A stretch of 64,000 nt of DNA from Trypanosoma brucei (GCA_000002445.1 CM000207.1:1120001-1184000), one strand, 5' to 3'. Numbered from the stretch's first letter, positions 1 to 12,600 are shown. Notes: generated by a model from the letters alone, not told the origin. Translations and numbers: made by a program.

Positions 1-840
1 GCGGGTGCCGCTACGAAAGCGCAACAGCCGTGCGTCCGGAGGGGCAGCACCCTCGCAACACCATCCTCGCCACTCTGGTACAATCCACTTTGTGTGGCGT
101 GCCGGCTGCAGGCGAGCGACCAGTTTCATCGTTATCTGCATAATCCTCACATAGTACAGCCAGACGGCATCGATTCGCTTCCACGCACAAAAGGCGACCA
201 GCAGCAGTGGTTGAACGTTGAACAATGGGACGGTTACAGTGATACTTACCTGAAGCAACATATGCAATACCCGCCAACCAACGAGCATCCCAACAACCAC
301 CTCAATTTTAGTCACAACCTGCTGAGTGAGTGTCTGCGGAGTTGTTATGAGTACTACGGGAAACCTGCTGATCAGCTGCAGAGACTACACGAAGATCCAC
401 TTCACCCGCATTTCCACCAAATGATTGCGGGCATAAAAAAAGACCGGGAGAAGATAGCCGAAGAGCTTGATCGTGTCTACGCGAATCTTCACCCTACTGT
501 GAAGACGGTGTATGACGCTTATCTCGTCCGTCGGTACTACCAACTTGGTGACTGGATTGAGCGTGTTGAGCAAAAGCGCCACGATTTGTTATGTCAGTTG
601 TCACCTGAATATATACGGCAAGCAGAAAGAGCGCGAGGTGTAGCGGCGCACTTCCTCAGTCGTCTGAAACAGCTGCAGTCAGCCTTCACACATAACCCGA
701 CCCTTGGCCTCCTTGATGATGCAATGGAGGGGCAATACACCCATGACGAGTTAGTGATGCTGCGGCAGAAGGCGGCATATTTCCGCAATATGCGTCAACT
801 GGGTGCTAACCAACAGGATGCCGACGTACACACACACTGA
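1..840 (+). CDS. 3' portion of a gene that starts upstream of the window; hypothetical protein. The window shows only the C-terminal ~279 aa.
   Basis: Frame 1 is open from nt 1 with no stop until TGA at 838-840. The listed ORF 94..840 only starts at an internal GTG. Codon usage and GC resemble the downstream genes. No recognisable domain. Confidence 0.4.
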   Translation, partial: AGAATKAQQPCVRRGSTLATPSSPLWYNPLCVACRLQASDQFHRYLHNPHIVQPDGIDSLPRTKGDQQQWLNVEQWDGYSDTYLKQHMQYPPTNEHPNNHLNFSHNLLSECLRSCYEYYGKPADQLQRLHEDPLHPHFHQMIAGIKKDREKIAEELDRVYANLHPTVKTVYDAYLVRRYYQLGDWIERVEQKRHDLLCQLSPEYIRQAERARGVAAHFLSRLKQLQSAFTHNPTLGLLDDAMEGQYTHDELVMLRQKAAYFRNMRQLGANQQDADVHTH

Positions 841-1136
841 GCAAGCGGAGAGGAATGAAGTAACGAAGAAAATAGGGTGTGAGAAAAAAGAGGGGGATGG
901 TCAGGGTAAGTTGTACTTTGCCGCTCGTTTTTTGTCAATGCCATTGCTGCCTATCGTTATCACTGCCCAAGGTATGAACGGTACATCAACTGTAATGTAT
1001 TTGTGGAACATGCTTAACTTTTTAAGGGCTTACTTACCCATTTGCTCTTTTTCACCGAGCGACGTTGTGCGCCTATACCTTTCCCACCTTGTTTTCCTTC
1101 ATTGTACCAAAATGGCGGTTAGAAGACGCCCCGGTA

Positions 1137-3368
1137 ATGACCCCTCGGCGCGTCGCAAAGCTCGTGCAGTTTTCTGGTTCCTACCTGAATACCGAATGGG
1201 CTCGCAAATTTATCCTCGGTTCCTTGCTGCAGCGCTACAATCCTCAATCCTTGACTACTGTTGGTTCCTCTGCTGCGGGGAATTCCGGTGAGGATGCTTC
1301 TCTTGACAAGGAACTGCTTCACCTCCAGCGCTCACTGAGTGAGGTGTGGTCACTTCCGGCTCAACCGCTTGATGCGGTGAGCGAAGGGAGAATTCTTCGA
1401 TTACTCGCACGCTACGCTACGGGTGAGGGGGTCATGTCGATTGAGGCATTGAATGAACTGAGTCATGTGCTGTCGTGCATTCGTGGTTCCCCGCAACGTG
1501 TTGAAGGCCCGATAGATATGGAAGAGTTGCTGCTGGCAATAGGGTACGCTAAACCGGGCGACAACCTTCGGCGTGTGGCGTTCGCGGGAGAGCTGCAATA
1601 CCCTCCAAGCGCGCTTGCACATATGCGGGCACACCTCAGGGACGACATGGAGCGCGACGGTAGCGACCCATTCGACATTCTCCGTGTTGTCACTCACAAC
1701 CCGGCATATGCAATCGATTCTGCGAGCACGTCGGAGGTTGATGACGCGATAGGAGTGTATAAAGATCCCGTGACAGGTGAGGAGTGCTTTGTGGTGTACG
1801 TTTCCGATGCTACCGTCTACTGCCCGTTCGATAGTCCACTGGAGCAACTCACCGCAAGGCTACTGACAACGACAACATACCTTCCGGAAGGTGTTTTTTT
1901 CATGTTACCGAAGCCGATAGTTGATGCTGCAACCCTACGTGAGGACAGGCCTTGCCGCACGTTTGATATTCGGTTTCAGATTGATGAGGTAACTGGAGAA
2001 CTGAAAAACTATAGCGTTGGTGTCGGTTGGCTCCATAAACTTCGCCGCATCACGTACGACGAGGTACAAGCTCTGTATGATGAGGAGGCACAGGTGGGAA
2101 ATCAGCATCATCACACCGAAAGAGAAAGCACTCAGGCTTCTCCTGCTAAACGCGAAGAGGGAAAGAAAGGTATGGTAGCCTCAGGAGGCACATCATCATG
2201 CCGTCCCTCGTGGATGACTGTGGAGGATGAAAGCATCTTACGCCGCATCTACAGAGCTGCACAGAAGCGATATGAAACCAGGCAGTTGCGAGCGGGAGAC
2301 CGTTTCATCCATGCAGACTTGCCTGAGCCGCTCATCAAAGTGGGTGCTGGGGCACAGGTACTTTCGGTGGAGGACCAAATCATTGGCACTAGGGACGCTC
2401 GACTGGCCGTTGCGGAGATGATGATCGCCGCAAATGAGGTTTGCTCTCGTGTGGCGCAGGAAAATCATCTTTCTATACCATTTCGCGGCACGCGAGAGTT
2501 GTCTTTAGACCATGTTGCAGCGAAGTCGTACAGAGAGCCGCAGGGCGTAGTATCTGTCCAATCTCTCGATCCGCAGTACGTTTTTTTCGCGGAGGCGATG
2601 CAACGATCCATTCGGCAGTTGAGCGGAGTCACACGAGCCGTCTACTTCCACACGCCCATTTACCACGCAGGTCTCGACACACATAACTATACGCACAGCA
2701 CTAGTCCATTGAGGCGCTATGCAGATATGTTGGTGCATCATCAATTGAAGGTATGGCTCTGGCGCACTTCGCACTGCAGTAGTGGAGGCGGTGCGTTACA
2801 TTCTGCACAAAAGAGCTCCCCTGTGCTGATTGAGCAACCAATAGCGGAGCATACTATGGCCACACTTTGTTCAATGATCAGTAGTAAGCAGGAGCAGTCA
2901 AGTATTTTGCAGGAAAGCAGTCAACGCTACTGGTTGTTGAAACACATTAAACAAAACATCCTTACGAAAAGTCCCCATCACCGCTTTATTTGTCTTGTTG
3001 GTGACACACGAAGTGTAAAGTGTGCACCTGAGTATGCGCGATTCGTCGTCGAATGCAGTCACGACTCACCATCACAACCTGATGGTGGCGTGCACCGAAC
3101 TGTTCCATGGGCAGGAAGGTGGAAGCAGCGACATCACGAGTATCTTTACGTTTCGGATATCTATATTACAGAATTGCAGTTCGCACATGTGGTTCTCCAC
3201 AGTCTACCCGATGTTGTAGTTGGTGCAGTGGTTGAATGTGAGGTACGCGAGGTGCACCCAACCCAAGGTTATCTCTCACTAGCGATTGTGAAAGTTTGGA
3301 GTGGTGGAGACGAACGACGGTTCGAGCCACTTTGGAAAAAGTGCCTTCTTCCATCTCTGGACTCGTGA
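1137..3368 (+). CDS. RNase II-family 3'-5' exoribonuclease (RNB domain), resembling the mitochondrial degradosome subunit DSS1
   Basis: Long ORF of 767 aa from an upstream GTG/ATG, or 743 aa from ATG 1137. It contains the RNB catalytic signature ...HYTHSTSPLRRYADMLVHHQL... (compare the canonical H-x-T-SPIRRY-D-x-VH-RQL). The N-terminus MTPRRVAKLV... is Arg-rich and resembles a mitochondrial presequence. There is no PIN domain, so it is DSS1-like rather than RRP44-like. Start codon is uncertain (1065 versus 1137). Confidence 0.8.
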   Translation: MTPRRVAKLVQFSGSYLNTEWARKFILGSLLQRYNPQSLTTVGSSAAGNSGEDASLDKELLHLQRSLSEVWSLPAQPLDAVSEGRILRLLARYATGEGVMSIEALNELSHVLSCIRGSPQRVEGPIDMEELLLAIGYAKPGDNLRRVAFAGELQYPPSALAHMRAHLRDDMERDGSDPFDILRVVTHNPAYAIDSASTSEVDDAIGVYKDPVTGEECFVVYVSDATVYCPFDSPLEQLTARLLTTTTYLPEGVFFMLPKPIVDAATLREDRPCRTFDIRFQIDEVTGELKNYSVGVGWLHKLRRITYDEVQALYDEEAQVGNQHHHTERESTQASPAKREEGKKGMVASGGTSSCRPSWMTVEDESILRRIYRAAQKRYETRQLRAGDRFIHADLPEPLIKVGAGAQVLSVEDQIIGTRDARLAVAEMMIAANEVCSRVAQENHLSIPFRGTRELSLDHVAAKSYREPQGVVSVQSLDPQYVFFAEAMQRSIRQLSGVTRAVYFHTPIYHAGLDTHNYTHSTSPLRRYADMLVHHQLKVWLWRTSHCSSGGGALHSAQKSSPVLIEQPIAEHTMATLCSMISSKQEQSSILQESSQRYWLLKHIKQNILTKSPHHRFICLVGDTRSVKCAPEYARFVVECSHDSPSQPDGGVHRTVPWAGRWKQRHHEYLYVSDIYITELQFAHVVLHSLPDVVVGAVVECEVREVHPTQGYLSLAIVKVWSGGDERRFEPLWKKCLLPSLDS

Positions 3369-3570
3369 GAACACCACCGAGGCGGGAACATGCCTCGTTT
3401 CTTCGGATGTGTACGCGTCCGTGTTAATGCGGCGGCGGTGTGTGTGGTGGTTGTTTTGGTGTTGTACAGAACTTGCGCTTGTTAAAGTGCTGCTGTACTG
3501 GTTGGTCTCCCTTGATAATTGTTTTAAGCGCATGCGATTATATACCATGGTATGTGCACTTGCACAGTTT

Positions 3571-3781
<211 letters not shown>

Positions 3782-4363
3782 ATGGGACAACTTATTAGTG
3801 GCCTTTGGTCGGTTTTCAACCCTAATCGGCACTACAAATTGCTCATCCTTGGACTCAACAATGCGGGCAAAACATCAATTTTGTACCACCTGCAACTTGG
3901 ACACAGTATAGCGACACAACCGACACTTGGAGGGAACGTCGAGCAGCTGAGCATTTCGCATGGATCTAATAATAACAAAATCGAAGTTTCTTGCTGGGAC
4001 CTTGGGGGTCAAGAGCAGCTGCGTGACTCCTGGCGCCTTTACTACGATCAAACGGATGCCGTAATATTTGTGGTGGATGCCGCTGACCCCTCCCGCTTTC
4101 CTGCGGCGCGAAGTGTTCTCCATAAAATATTAGCCAATGAACCACAACTCCGCCAGGCGGTGCTTTTGGTGCTGGCTAACAAACAAGATATGGAAGGAGC
4201 GGTGAGTCCCGCCGATCTCATCGAATCATTGGGGTTGGCTGCTGTAAATGATCGAACTTGGACACTGATGGGATGCAGTGCATCAAAAGGTGATTCTCTT
4301 CGGGAGGCTATGTCATGGATTGCGCAAAGAATAGGAGACCGCAGACCTGCGAGCAGTGCGTGA
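3782..4363 (+). CDS. ARF-like (ARL) small GTPase, N-myristoylation-type N-terminus
   Basis: 193 aa. MGQLIS (Gly2). P-loop GLNNAGKTS. Switch II WDLGGQEQLR. NKxD box LANKQD. SAS/CSAS motif near the C-terminal region. Size and motif order are typical of the ARF/ARL family. The specific ARL subtype is not assignable by eye. Confidence 0.85.
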   Translation: MGQLISGLWSVFNPNRHYKLLILGLNNAGKTSILYHLQLGHSIATQPTLGGNVEQLSISHGSNNNKIEVSCWDLGGQEQLRDSWRLYYDQTDAVIFVVDAADPSRFPAARSVLHKILANEPQLRQAVLLVLANKQDMEGAVSPADLIESLGLAAVNDRTWTLMGCSASKGDSLREAMSWIAQRIGDRRPASSA

Positions 4364-4479
4364 GTCAAGTAAAGTGAATTCAGATATTCTCTTAGTGGAA
4401 ACAAATAGTAAAAAGGTAAAAGCATCAAAACCTCTCTTGTATGTTTACCTTTCGAGTGTGTTGAAAATATTATGCCTTG

Positions 4480-4800
4480 TACTTCTCTTTGTTTCCTTCT
4501 GCTTTGCTGCTATGTTATTAGCCCCTCACCTCATTCTCTGTTGTTGTTTTTTTTCCTGTTTCTTCAACGCCACTCGAACATGGGAAAGAATGGGCTTTTA
4601 CACTCTCACTTATCTCCCCTCTTCACTCAGCTTATTCGTTTAGCAACCCCTTCCGTTATCCTTTTCCCTTTTATCGGTCTGTATGCACGCATAATTCTTT
4701 TTTTTTATTGTTGGCTCGTATATGTGTTTACTTCTCTTTGTTTTTATATTATTTTATATTATACACATATATACATATATATATATATATTTCCGCCTAG
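4480..4800 (+). promoter_or_regulatory. Long intergenic polypyrimidine-rich region (trans-splicing / polyadenylation signals) between the ARL gene and the basic-protein gene
   Basis: About 300 nt that are more than 75% C/T on the coding strand (cttgtacttctctttgtttccttctgctttgctgc...tttttttcctgtttcttc...). It ends in (TA)n/(TATACA) repeats at 4760-4790 before ATG 4814. Confidence 0.4.
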
Positions 4801-4813
4801 TCGGCTAGTGGGG

Positions 4814-5365
4814 ATGAAAAACAAAGCGGCATCTCGTCGCGACGAAAAACTCATCAAAGGGACTAATATCATTGTTAAGAATGTTTCCCTTATTGACAAA
4901 CATAGGAACGATCCTCAGGCACTGCTTCACTCCATAGAAGCTGATGACGCCGTTGAGTTGAGGTGGTGGAGAAACGCACTTCGCCCGGAAGCTAATCTCA
5001 TTGAACCCGCTGTTGCGTACTTGCAGGGTATTAAAGTTATTCGACCTGCTACGAACTTTAATACATTTGACATCAAAAAGGCTCGTCTTCGCCGATTAGA
5101 AAAGCAGGAAATTGAGAGAAAGAAATGTCTTGAGAGGCGTAAAAGAGATGTCGCTCCGACGGCTGCCATGAAGGCATCTGCCAATCCGTACCGGGTCCCG
5201 CGTTCCGGTGGATACATAAAACAAAAGGACGACCGCATCATTCAGCGGGGTGAAAAGACCAAAAAAGCAGCCAAGAAAGATATCAAAGAGAGTGGTGGAA
5301 AGACTCAACGTCATAAAAGTAACGGCGAGAAGGGGAAGTTGCAAAAGATAGGCAAAGGTTTGTAA
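4814..5365 (+). CDS. Small lysine/arginine-rich basic protein (183 aa), hypothetical; possibly nucleolar or ribosome-associated
   Basis: First ATG of ORF 4472..5365 that follows the polypyrimidine region. The upstream part of the listed ORF is translated pyrimidine tract. Very basic C-terminal half (KKAAKKDIKESGGKTQRHKSNGEKGKLQKIGKGL). No recognisable catalytic motif. Confidence 0.5.
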   Translation: MKNKAASRRDEKLIKGTNIIVKNVSLIDKHRNDPQALLHSIEADDAVELRWWRNALRPEANLIEPAVAYLQGIKVIRPATNFNTFDIKKARLRRLEKQEIERKKCLERRKRDVAPTAAMKASANPYRVPRSGGYIKQKDDRIIQRGEKTKKAAKKDIKESGGKTQRHKSNGEKGKLQKIGKGL

Positions 5366-5840
5366 TGAGGTAATACGTCCTCATTTTGCCACTTTTGTAT
5401 ATATATATATATGTTTCTCTCGTTGGCTAGTGCTCGGCTTTTTTTATTCGCTGTGGCGTTGAATTGTAATTGAAGTGAACCTTTAACATCGCGGTCGGTT
5501 AATCCAGAGATGGTCGTATAACAGAGGGAGATGTTACCCAAATAATTAAAAAGGAGGGCAGAAGGCTTATGAAGTTGAGCAGAAGTGTTGCGAGAACCTT
5601 CACTGTTGTCCCATCTTTTTTGCCTCCCATCACAGGCGCCACTGGACGCTATAAGTGGTAGCGGCCAACGCCATGAACTCCACCTCTTTGTTCTTTTTAT
5701 CCACTCTTTTGTTGTTGTTGTTTTTTTTTTTGAACTTTTGAAGGCGATGATTTGCGTGTTGCTAAGTTTGCTCTTTCATTTCCCTCTTTTTCCCTTTAGT
5801 GAGCAGGTTCGTTGTGAGTACACAAACTAGTAGGCGAAGA

Positions 5841-6941
5841 ATGCGATCCGGTCGCAAACTCGGTTGTTTTACTAATCGCCTTCGTCTTCCTTTTTTCAGC
5901 CCATGCTCACAGATAACAGCGCTGACAGCGTCACATCGTTGCAAGTCTTATGTACTTAAGTTCTTGCGAGGTCAGTTGCCAGAAGACCTGAAAGATGTCA
6001 ATGGCGCCCTCGGATGTCTTTACGGCACGCTTCCTGATGTGGATGAGTTCGGACAGTTTGTAATCTCCCCTGATGTTGTAAACAGCTTCCATCAGTTTGG
6101 TTATGTGAAAATGCCAATACCGGTGCTCGATCATCAGCAGATTGATAAACTGGCGGACGAGGTGAACGAGTTGGCCAACAATGTGGAGCACCACCCCAAG
6201 ACGGAGAGATTGTATGCGACTTCCCTAGCGGATTTAACTGGAGGGCCATTATTTTTTTGCCAGGGTCAGTGGCGTGCAGCGTGGGGAATGCATGACCTCA
6301 TTTACCTTCCCACTATTACCGTAGCTGCTTCACAGATCCTCAACAACTCGCTCGTTCGATTGTGGTACGATGAGGTTTTTATGAAGGCGGCGAGAACGGG
6401 GCCATGTGTTCCTTGGCAGCAAAATTATGCGCGTTGGCAACATACAAAACCAGTCAACCACGTCACTGTCATGATTGCGCTCGACACAATGAACAAAGAT
6501 CGTGGGGCTCCCTGCCTTGTGCCTGGTAGTCACCGCTGGAGGGAGGGCGGTTTACTTCCACCCGTCTCATACGACCCAACAAAAGATGAAGCGCACCAAC
6601 TGAACACAATATGGGAAATCATTAATGAAGAAGAGGGTGAAATGCTCATGGACACACCACCCGTTACGGTGGATCTTCGTCGTGGTGAAGCTCTTCTCAT
6701 TCACCCACTGACGCTCTTCGCAACGCATGGTAATCGCTCATTGGATGCTGTGCGTTGCTGCTTTATTCATTACATGGGTGAGAAAACATACGCGGTCCAA
6801 AATGGGCCGCTTCTTCCACATACGACTAAATTCCAGGCGGATGCCATGATTCAGGGCCCATTTTATCCAGTTGTGTTTGATCCGGCAATGACTGAGGAAT
6901 TAACCATGCTTCCCACAGCGCCATCCGAAGAGGAGGCGTAA
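5841..6941 (+). CDS. Phytanoyl-CoA dioxygenase (PhyH)-like Fe(II)/2-oxoglutarate oxygenase family protein
   Basis: 367 aa from the first ATG. The listed ORF starts at GTG 5799. ...APCLVPGSHRW... matches the PhyH-family PGSH motif. An N-terminal FHQFGY-type segment and a distal His (LFATHGNRS) fit the double-stranded beta-helix oxygenase layout. A polypyrimidine tract lies at 5690-5800. Confidence 0.65.
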   Translation: MRSGRKLGCFTNRLRLPFFSPCSQITALTASHRCKSYVLKFLRGQLPEDLKDVNGALGCLYGTLPDVDEFGQFVISPDVVNSFHQFGYVKMPIPVLDHQQIDKLADEVNELANNVEHHPKTERLYATSLADLTGGPLFFCQGQWRAAWGMHDLIYLPTITVAASQILNNSLVRLWYDEVFMKAARTGPCVPWQQNYARWQHTKPVNHVTVMIALDTMNKDRGAPCLVPGSHRWREGGLLPPVSYDPTKDEAHQLNTIWEIINEEEGEMLMDTPPVTVDLRRGEALLIHPLTLFATHGNRSLDAVRCCFIHYMGEKTYAVQNGPLLPHTTKFQADAMIQGPFYPVVFDPAMTEELTMLPTAPSEEEA

Positions 6942-8034
6942 CGTTTGGGGGTTCCAAATGGCCAGTTATGAGTTTTACTTTTTGTTTTTTCCCCCCGGCC
7001 ATGTGTTGTGTTTTGCCGCGATGGAGCGGCAGCGGAGTGGTCTTAGCGAAACTTGTCACCATCATTGAGGACCTCAGGTTATTAATACCAAATGCATGTT
7101 GGCTAACGGTACCGCTTTAGGCTTGTGCGCAGTCATCACAAATCCTTTCCCCGCTTTACGGAAACGTGCATGAACTCTGATACCTTTAGCTAACGGGAAT
7201 GGAGTATGCATATAGGGAAACCATCGTGCGGCATGTTGCACACAGCCAGCCGTTTACGTGTATTTACCCTTCACTTTACCCTGTTGCAACCTCTCCGCGC
7301 ATTTTGTGAAGAGCGTAAAGGGTGGTTAGTTTTGTGTGTGAGAAGATGAAATATATGCTGCAGCGCTGGCGCCGCAGTTGCTGAATGAATGTATCATGTT
7401 GGATTTGATTTGTTGTTATGTTATGTTTGTTTGTTTGCTTCTCTTACCCTTCACGTTACCCCCTTTTAAGCCACGTAGCACACAACACCAACACGTGAGT
7501 CCAACTCAGGAAGAGGGAAAGTTAAGAATGTGTAATACGAGTTGCATCGCCTTTCACCAAAACGCTGGTCCAATGCGGGGACGTGTTAAGTCGCGATTGT
7601 TGTCACAAACATGTTCAGATTAGCGGGGACGAACTGTGAAGGGTGACTCAGTACAGAGATAACTGCTGTTGACAACATAATGGGAGTGACGTGTGTCCCT
7701 GAAAAGCACCGCATTATGGTACGGGCGAGGAATTGCACATTCTCACCGTTACTGGCAGACGGTTTTGCCATCATCTGGTAAGCCTTCCAAGTGTCCGTGT
7801 GAGCTTATGCCGCTGACCAGTTGCAGAGAAGTTTAACAAAACAATTGGGTCTTTTCGGTTGCGGCAGCACCATCAACGGTAAAGGAAAGAAAGGCACGTA
7901 TGGACGTGGTGTTAAGCGTAAATACCAGCACGGAAAATGTGCGCATATGCAAGCGCCAGGTTCTCTCTTTTTCCCCTTCTTCCATTTGCACGCATGGGTG
8001 CCGACAGGATGGTAAATTGAAGACTTTCATAATA

Positions 8035-8077
8035 TTGTTGTTGTTGTTGTTGTTGTTGTTTTTGGGGGGGGGGGGGG
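8035..8077. repeat. (TTG)8 followed by T5 and a G14 homopolymer
   Basis: Read directly: ttgttgttgttgttgttgttgttg ttttt gggggggggggggg at 8035-8077. It lies in the gene-free convergent zone. Confidence 0.9.
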
Positions 8078-8791
8078 ACGTTAGAAAAAAATCCCCGGTC
8101 GAAAAATGGGACTTTGTGCCGTCCTGAGGGTGAAAGAGTTCAAAACTTGTTTAACAAAGAAAATTGAGTTGGGGCATTGTAATGAAGTGGTGATACAAGC
8201 AGGCAGACTTTGGATAAAAGATGTTACTGGTGTGAGGGTAAGGACGCTGGTGGCGTGGGAAACTGAATTACTGAAAGGCAACGGCGAGTAAAATACAGGC
8301 GAGAGAAGGAGAGTGTCCTGAGCTGTGGTTCTACGATAAAGTAAACATTGTGTAGCAGAGGGAATGTTACCATCCTGTAATATTTTGAGTGCATTGCGAC
8401 CATATGTCTTAATGCAGTGCATGTTGTGTTTGTGCAAAACTTCCCGTCGTCACAGCACACCGTCACCAACTAATTTAGTAAATAGAAATATGAGGAGGAG
8501 GGGGAAATGTGGCGGTGAAAGGTTGGAGATTTTGCTCGTAGTTTCGATGTTATTGTTGGTGACGTGTTTAAATCGTTACGGTGTTATGGGTCGCGTCTGG
8601 TTTAAGGGTGGGGAGAAAAATTTAACGGCGGTTGGTGAAGACGAGTATCTAAAGTTTGTGCCAAACGCAACGGCAAATATGTGGAAATAGAGGAATTACT
8701 TTGTTGTTGCCGGTATACAGTCTGTGGATAATGTGGAGCGGTACAGGCGTAGGTTTCTACAGCGAGAGAGACGTGTTGGAAATACAGTGGT

Positions 8792-9609
8792 GTGGCCGCA
8801 GAGAGAAATGATTTCATTGGAGACTTCCTTCCCTTATATTTACTCTCCCCTCACCAACAAAATGATTACAGGTTCTCAAACTTCTCGAAGTTGGAGGCAT
8901 TAAGTTTTCAGGGCATTGTTGTACTGCCAACACGTGATGTGTACCCGGGGACGAGGAAGCAGATCGGTGATTATTCGAGTTGGGGGCGGAAAGTGGAGGT
9001 GATTATGAGTAATAAAACATATTTGTGGTCCAAATTTTCGTTAGAATTCTTCATCCCCACACCGTACATAATGAAAGGTGATGATGACGCTTTCATTAGG
9101 GTGACACACCACCTTTCTAATTTACGGATGATGCCACGGAAAGGTTTAAATATGGGAAAGTGCAGTGAAGCCAGTGGTGGAATGTCTGAAGATAAACCTG
9201 TTTCATTTATCGCGGGTTACTGCAACACGCTATCGAGAGATGTTGCACAGGCAGTAGTGAGCTATAAGCCCCCTTGGAACGCCTGGTTAACACACACTAC
9301 TTTTTCTGGAATTTCAATACGTTTTACGAGCCGGCGATGTTTAACGAAGATGCCATGGTCAGAACGGTACACACGGAGAAGGTGAACTATACAAGACTGG
9401 TGGCAATTGACATGAGAGAATGTCACTGTGCTGGACACTTCAGGTCCCATGAGGTAGATCTGATATGGGGCAAAGTTATCGTCTTGCACCACGTAAGAGA
9501 AGAGGTTTATGATCAGTTAAAGGAAGCGCTCCCTGAAAGTTGCATCTCGCCTCGTCCAGTGGACCTCATGTGGATAACGGACAGTTTTGCTGCTGCGAGC
9601 TGCGAATAA
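8792..9609 (+). pseudogene. Frameshifted remnant of a beta-1,3-glycosyltransferase-family gene (GT31-like; UDP-Gal/UDP-GlcNAc-dependent glycosyltransferase family, expanded in trypanosomes)
   Basis: Two overlapping ORFs in different frames (8792..9385 in frame 2, 9274..9609 in frame 1) read through as one protein. It contains ...IMKGDDDAFIRV..., which matches the conserved (K/T)DDD-v-f-v motif of galactosyltransferase family PF01762. There is no N-terminal TM/stem region and no intact ORF, hence a pseudogene. It lies downstream of the last intact plus-strand gene. Confidence 0.4.
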
Positions 9610-12600
9610 TTTGAGCCCCACCGCCTAGTGATTTCGCGCGCGAGCGGCCTTACAAAATGTTGGAGTGGCAACACAGCGGAAGGTGCGGCGACTGTTTCCC
9701 TTTATAACCGAGAAACAATCACAGGTGTATGTTATTCCGAATCCGCTCTGGAGCTAAAAGCTGTAGAAGCATTAACGAACCGTGGTGGGAATGTGAAGGG
9801 TGCGTTACGCATCTGAAATGATCCCAGCTTTCTAGTTTCTATGGGGTCCTTGGCAGCGGGCAGGTGGTGTTTTCGTGACTGCATTCGCTTTGCTGGGGTA
9901 TATTATTACGGAGCGCCCACGCAGCCTAAACGTTGAAGCCCGCATTGTGCGTTGCTGCACGGGACGCATCGTGGTGGACAGTTTTTGCAGGTTTGTGGTA
10001 CCCGGGGTTAAGGAGGGATCACATTTACGGCACTGTGCTTTGCACTTTCGCCTTCAGGATACTTTAAGAAGGGCCTGTTGTAAGAAAAAATGTTCCTATC
10101 CGCCGTGTCACTCGCACACGCGCTGGCGATGACACAATTTATCAGACTCGGGGTGGATGAGCTGGATTGTCGTGCCTCCACAGCCCCCAATGGTTTGCGG
10201 ACGGCTGCGAGGGAACACCTCATTACCTTACTTTTCTGTAGGATTCAAAGAGCTGTTGATTACGGGACCTATCCAATAACTGCTGTTTGCCCGAAAGTTA
10301 CCGAACGTCTGCAAGCAGACGCGCTTATGCTGATGTCCCTGGATGCACGGCCCTGCCATTTTAACTTTCCAGGTGTGCCATCCACTTTGTGGTCTTTCTG
10401 TGCGATGCACCGGTTTGCGCGTCCTTTGCAGGAGAGTTGTGCATTCCCAGCTCTCTCATTCCGTTATGGCCTCATCGGTGACGAATATAATTTGTACCGG
10501 AAATGGTAGGGGTCCGTTGTGGTGCACAGAAGTTTGATAAATTTTTTGCGATGTTCTTTTTTTTTTTCATTGTTAAGTGAGCATTGCAGGCATCGATTAA
10601 CTTCATTACCTTTAAAACGAAGGAACTTGTATTGTTTTCTGAGTGGAAACTGTTTGACATGCTGCATAGCGCTGCCCATGCACTTTACTTGTCTAAGGCA
10701 TATTAGGACTCGTGACGGCAGCTTGCCATGTGTGGAGGCGACGCTGCGGTCGAAAGAAAGGTTATAGAAGTTGAACGAGAGTGCCTTGATATGCTTTACC
10801 AGTTTTCGGACGTGCAGTCTGCGCCGGCGCCTACACAGAAACCCCGAACAGCGACGGCTGAGTACGGGATACTCATCGAAACCATTGAGTACCTTGAAAC
10901 CCTGCATTCCTACTTAGCGCGCGGCTCTCAGGAAGGGAAGAACTCCCGCCACACTGTTGTGAAGTCGGTGGTGCGCGATCTAAGGGGTTTCAAGGCAGCC
11001 AGGAATCTATAGCGCACTGCACGATTCTCCGCGGCCCAAGTTGCAACGTGCGATTCACAGCCGCAACCCGTACATAGTGCCCCTCGCACTCATGTTGTAA
11101 TTGGTAACAAATTTATAGTTTAAGGCCCCACCGGAAAGAGACGAGCGAGCTAACCTGCCAAGCTATCCGTGTACGCTTGCCATAAGCGTACCTGCAGCGG
11201 CATTTGCTTCGCATTGGACCTTCAGTGGGTAATATTCGTCGCTTTTTTTTTTGTCTGACTGCTTTGAGTGACGGAGCGCATGTGTACCAGCATTCATTTC
11301 TTGTGGACTCACATGTCCGTGAAACATTTGTATATGAATACTTAAGTTTGTTGGAACTTCTTTTCTTGTCCCTCTGATACCTGAAAGCTTCGAACGCGGT
11401 TACAGCTGATCATCGACAAAGCGACACCACTCCATCCGGTGCAGCTGGTGGGACATTGTTTTCTTTGTCACAGCGAGCCTGGAGACCTTGTGAAGCAGCG
11501 GTGTCGCTCCATAACTTGCAAATGATTTCTCTAATTTTTCTTTTGCTCTGCTTTAATACCTCCATTTTCCCCGAGAGTCAAAGCGCCCTTGTGCCGTCAT
11601 CTTTCCGCCCGTGTGCTTAATCTCGTCTTCGGGACATTAACCATCTAAATTTCGCCCTTTGCATTACTTGAGCTTCCGTAAAACACCAACGTGAGTTGTA
11701 GTGGTCTCCCTTCGTAGTGCGTGACAGCGTTCGGGGATTGTGATACTGACATCTCGTATCCCGTTAGGTTCTCCATAGAAAGTGAAGGGATCGATAACGC
11801 GACGGCACGGTACGAATGTTGTGGCTCCGATGTGGGCATGACGTGCGCCGTAGTACGGTTGTCGCTCGCCGTTTAGCCGTGCCAATGCCTTCTTCGGGTA
11901 AATCTTCGGTGTTCGGGTGTGACTTCTTTTCTCGTTCTATCGGTGAAGGCACATCTTCAGCTGCATGTAAACAGTGGGAAGAAGAAACCCCATCCAACAT
12001 CCCGCGACTGCATAACATACCCAGGTCACCCACATCTCTAATGTCCAGTCAGTTGCCTAACCTGAGTGTCTTCTAGCCAATATTGAGAACTCGCCCGGCA
12101 AGCAAAGGGTGCCAACACCTGTTCTCGTGGCTTTGGTTCCACTAGATTTTACTTTCCCCAGAGAAGTAATTGGCCCAAACATGTACACTCACGGGATTTT
12201 GTGAGCGGCACCCTTGCTCAACTGATATGCTTGAGATGTGTCAACATTGACTTATGCTGAGGTAGATGAGACACCGGAGGTCGGTCGTTTTTCTGCAGCC
12301 TTGGGTGTCTCAGTTTCTTGTTTCCCGACGATGAAGCTTTAACAGTTGCTCTTGCGTGCCGATGATTGTGTGTCGTTTCTTCAGTTTTCCACCTTGTTCC
12401 ATCGCCTCCGTCCGCGATGACTGATCGAAAGTCGGTGCCGCGTCGCGCTGTTTCCTAAAGAAACAGAGGGATTTCTGCACCAGACTCGGTGCCCCGCTAG
12501 CTCACTACCAGATTTGTCTGCTTCCCTTGACATGACACATCACAAGAACCTTCTCGTTAAAAAAGAGGCAAAGAAGGTCGGAAAGCAGGTGCAACTTTCG

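Noticed and set aside
803-1291. 162-aa plus-strand ORF overlapping the start of the RNase II-like gene
   Set aside because: It overlaps a much longer motif-bearing ORF in another frame and has no recognisable features. It is most likely a chance ORF in the inter-CDS and N-terminal region.
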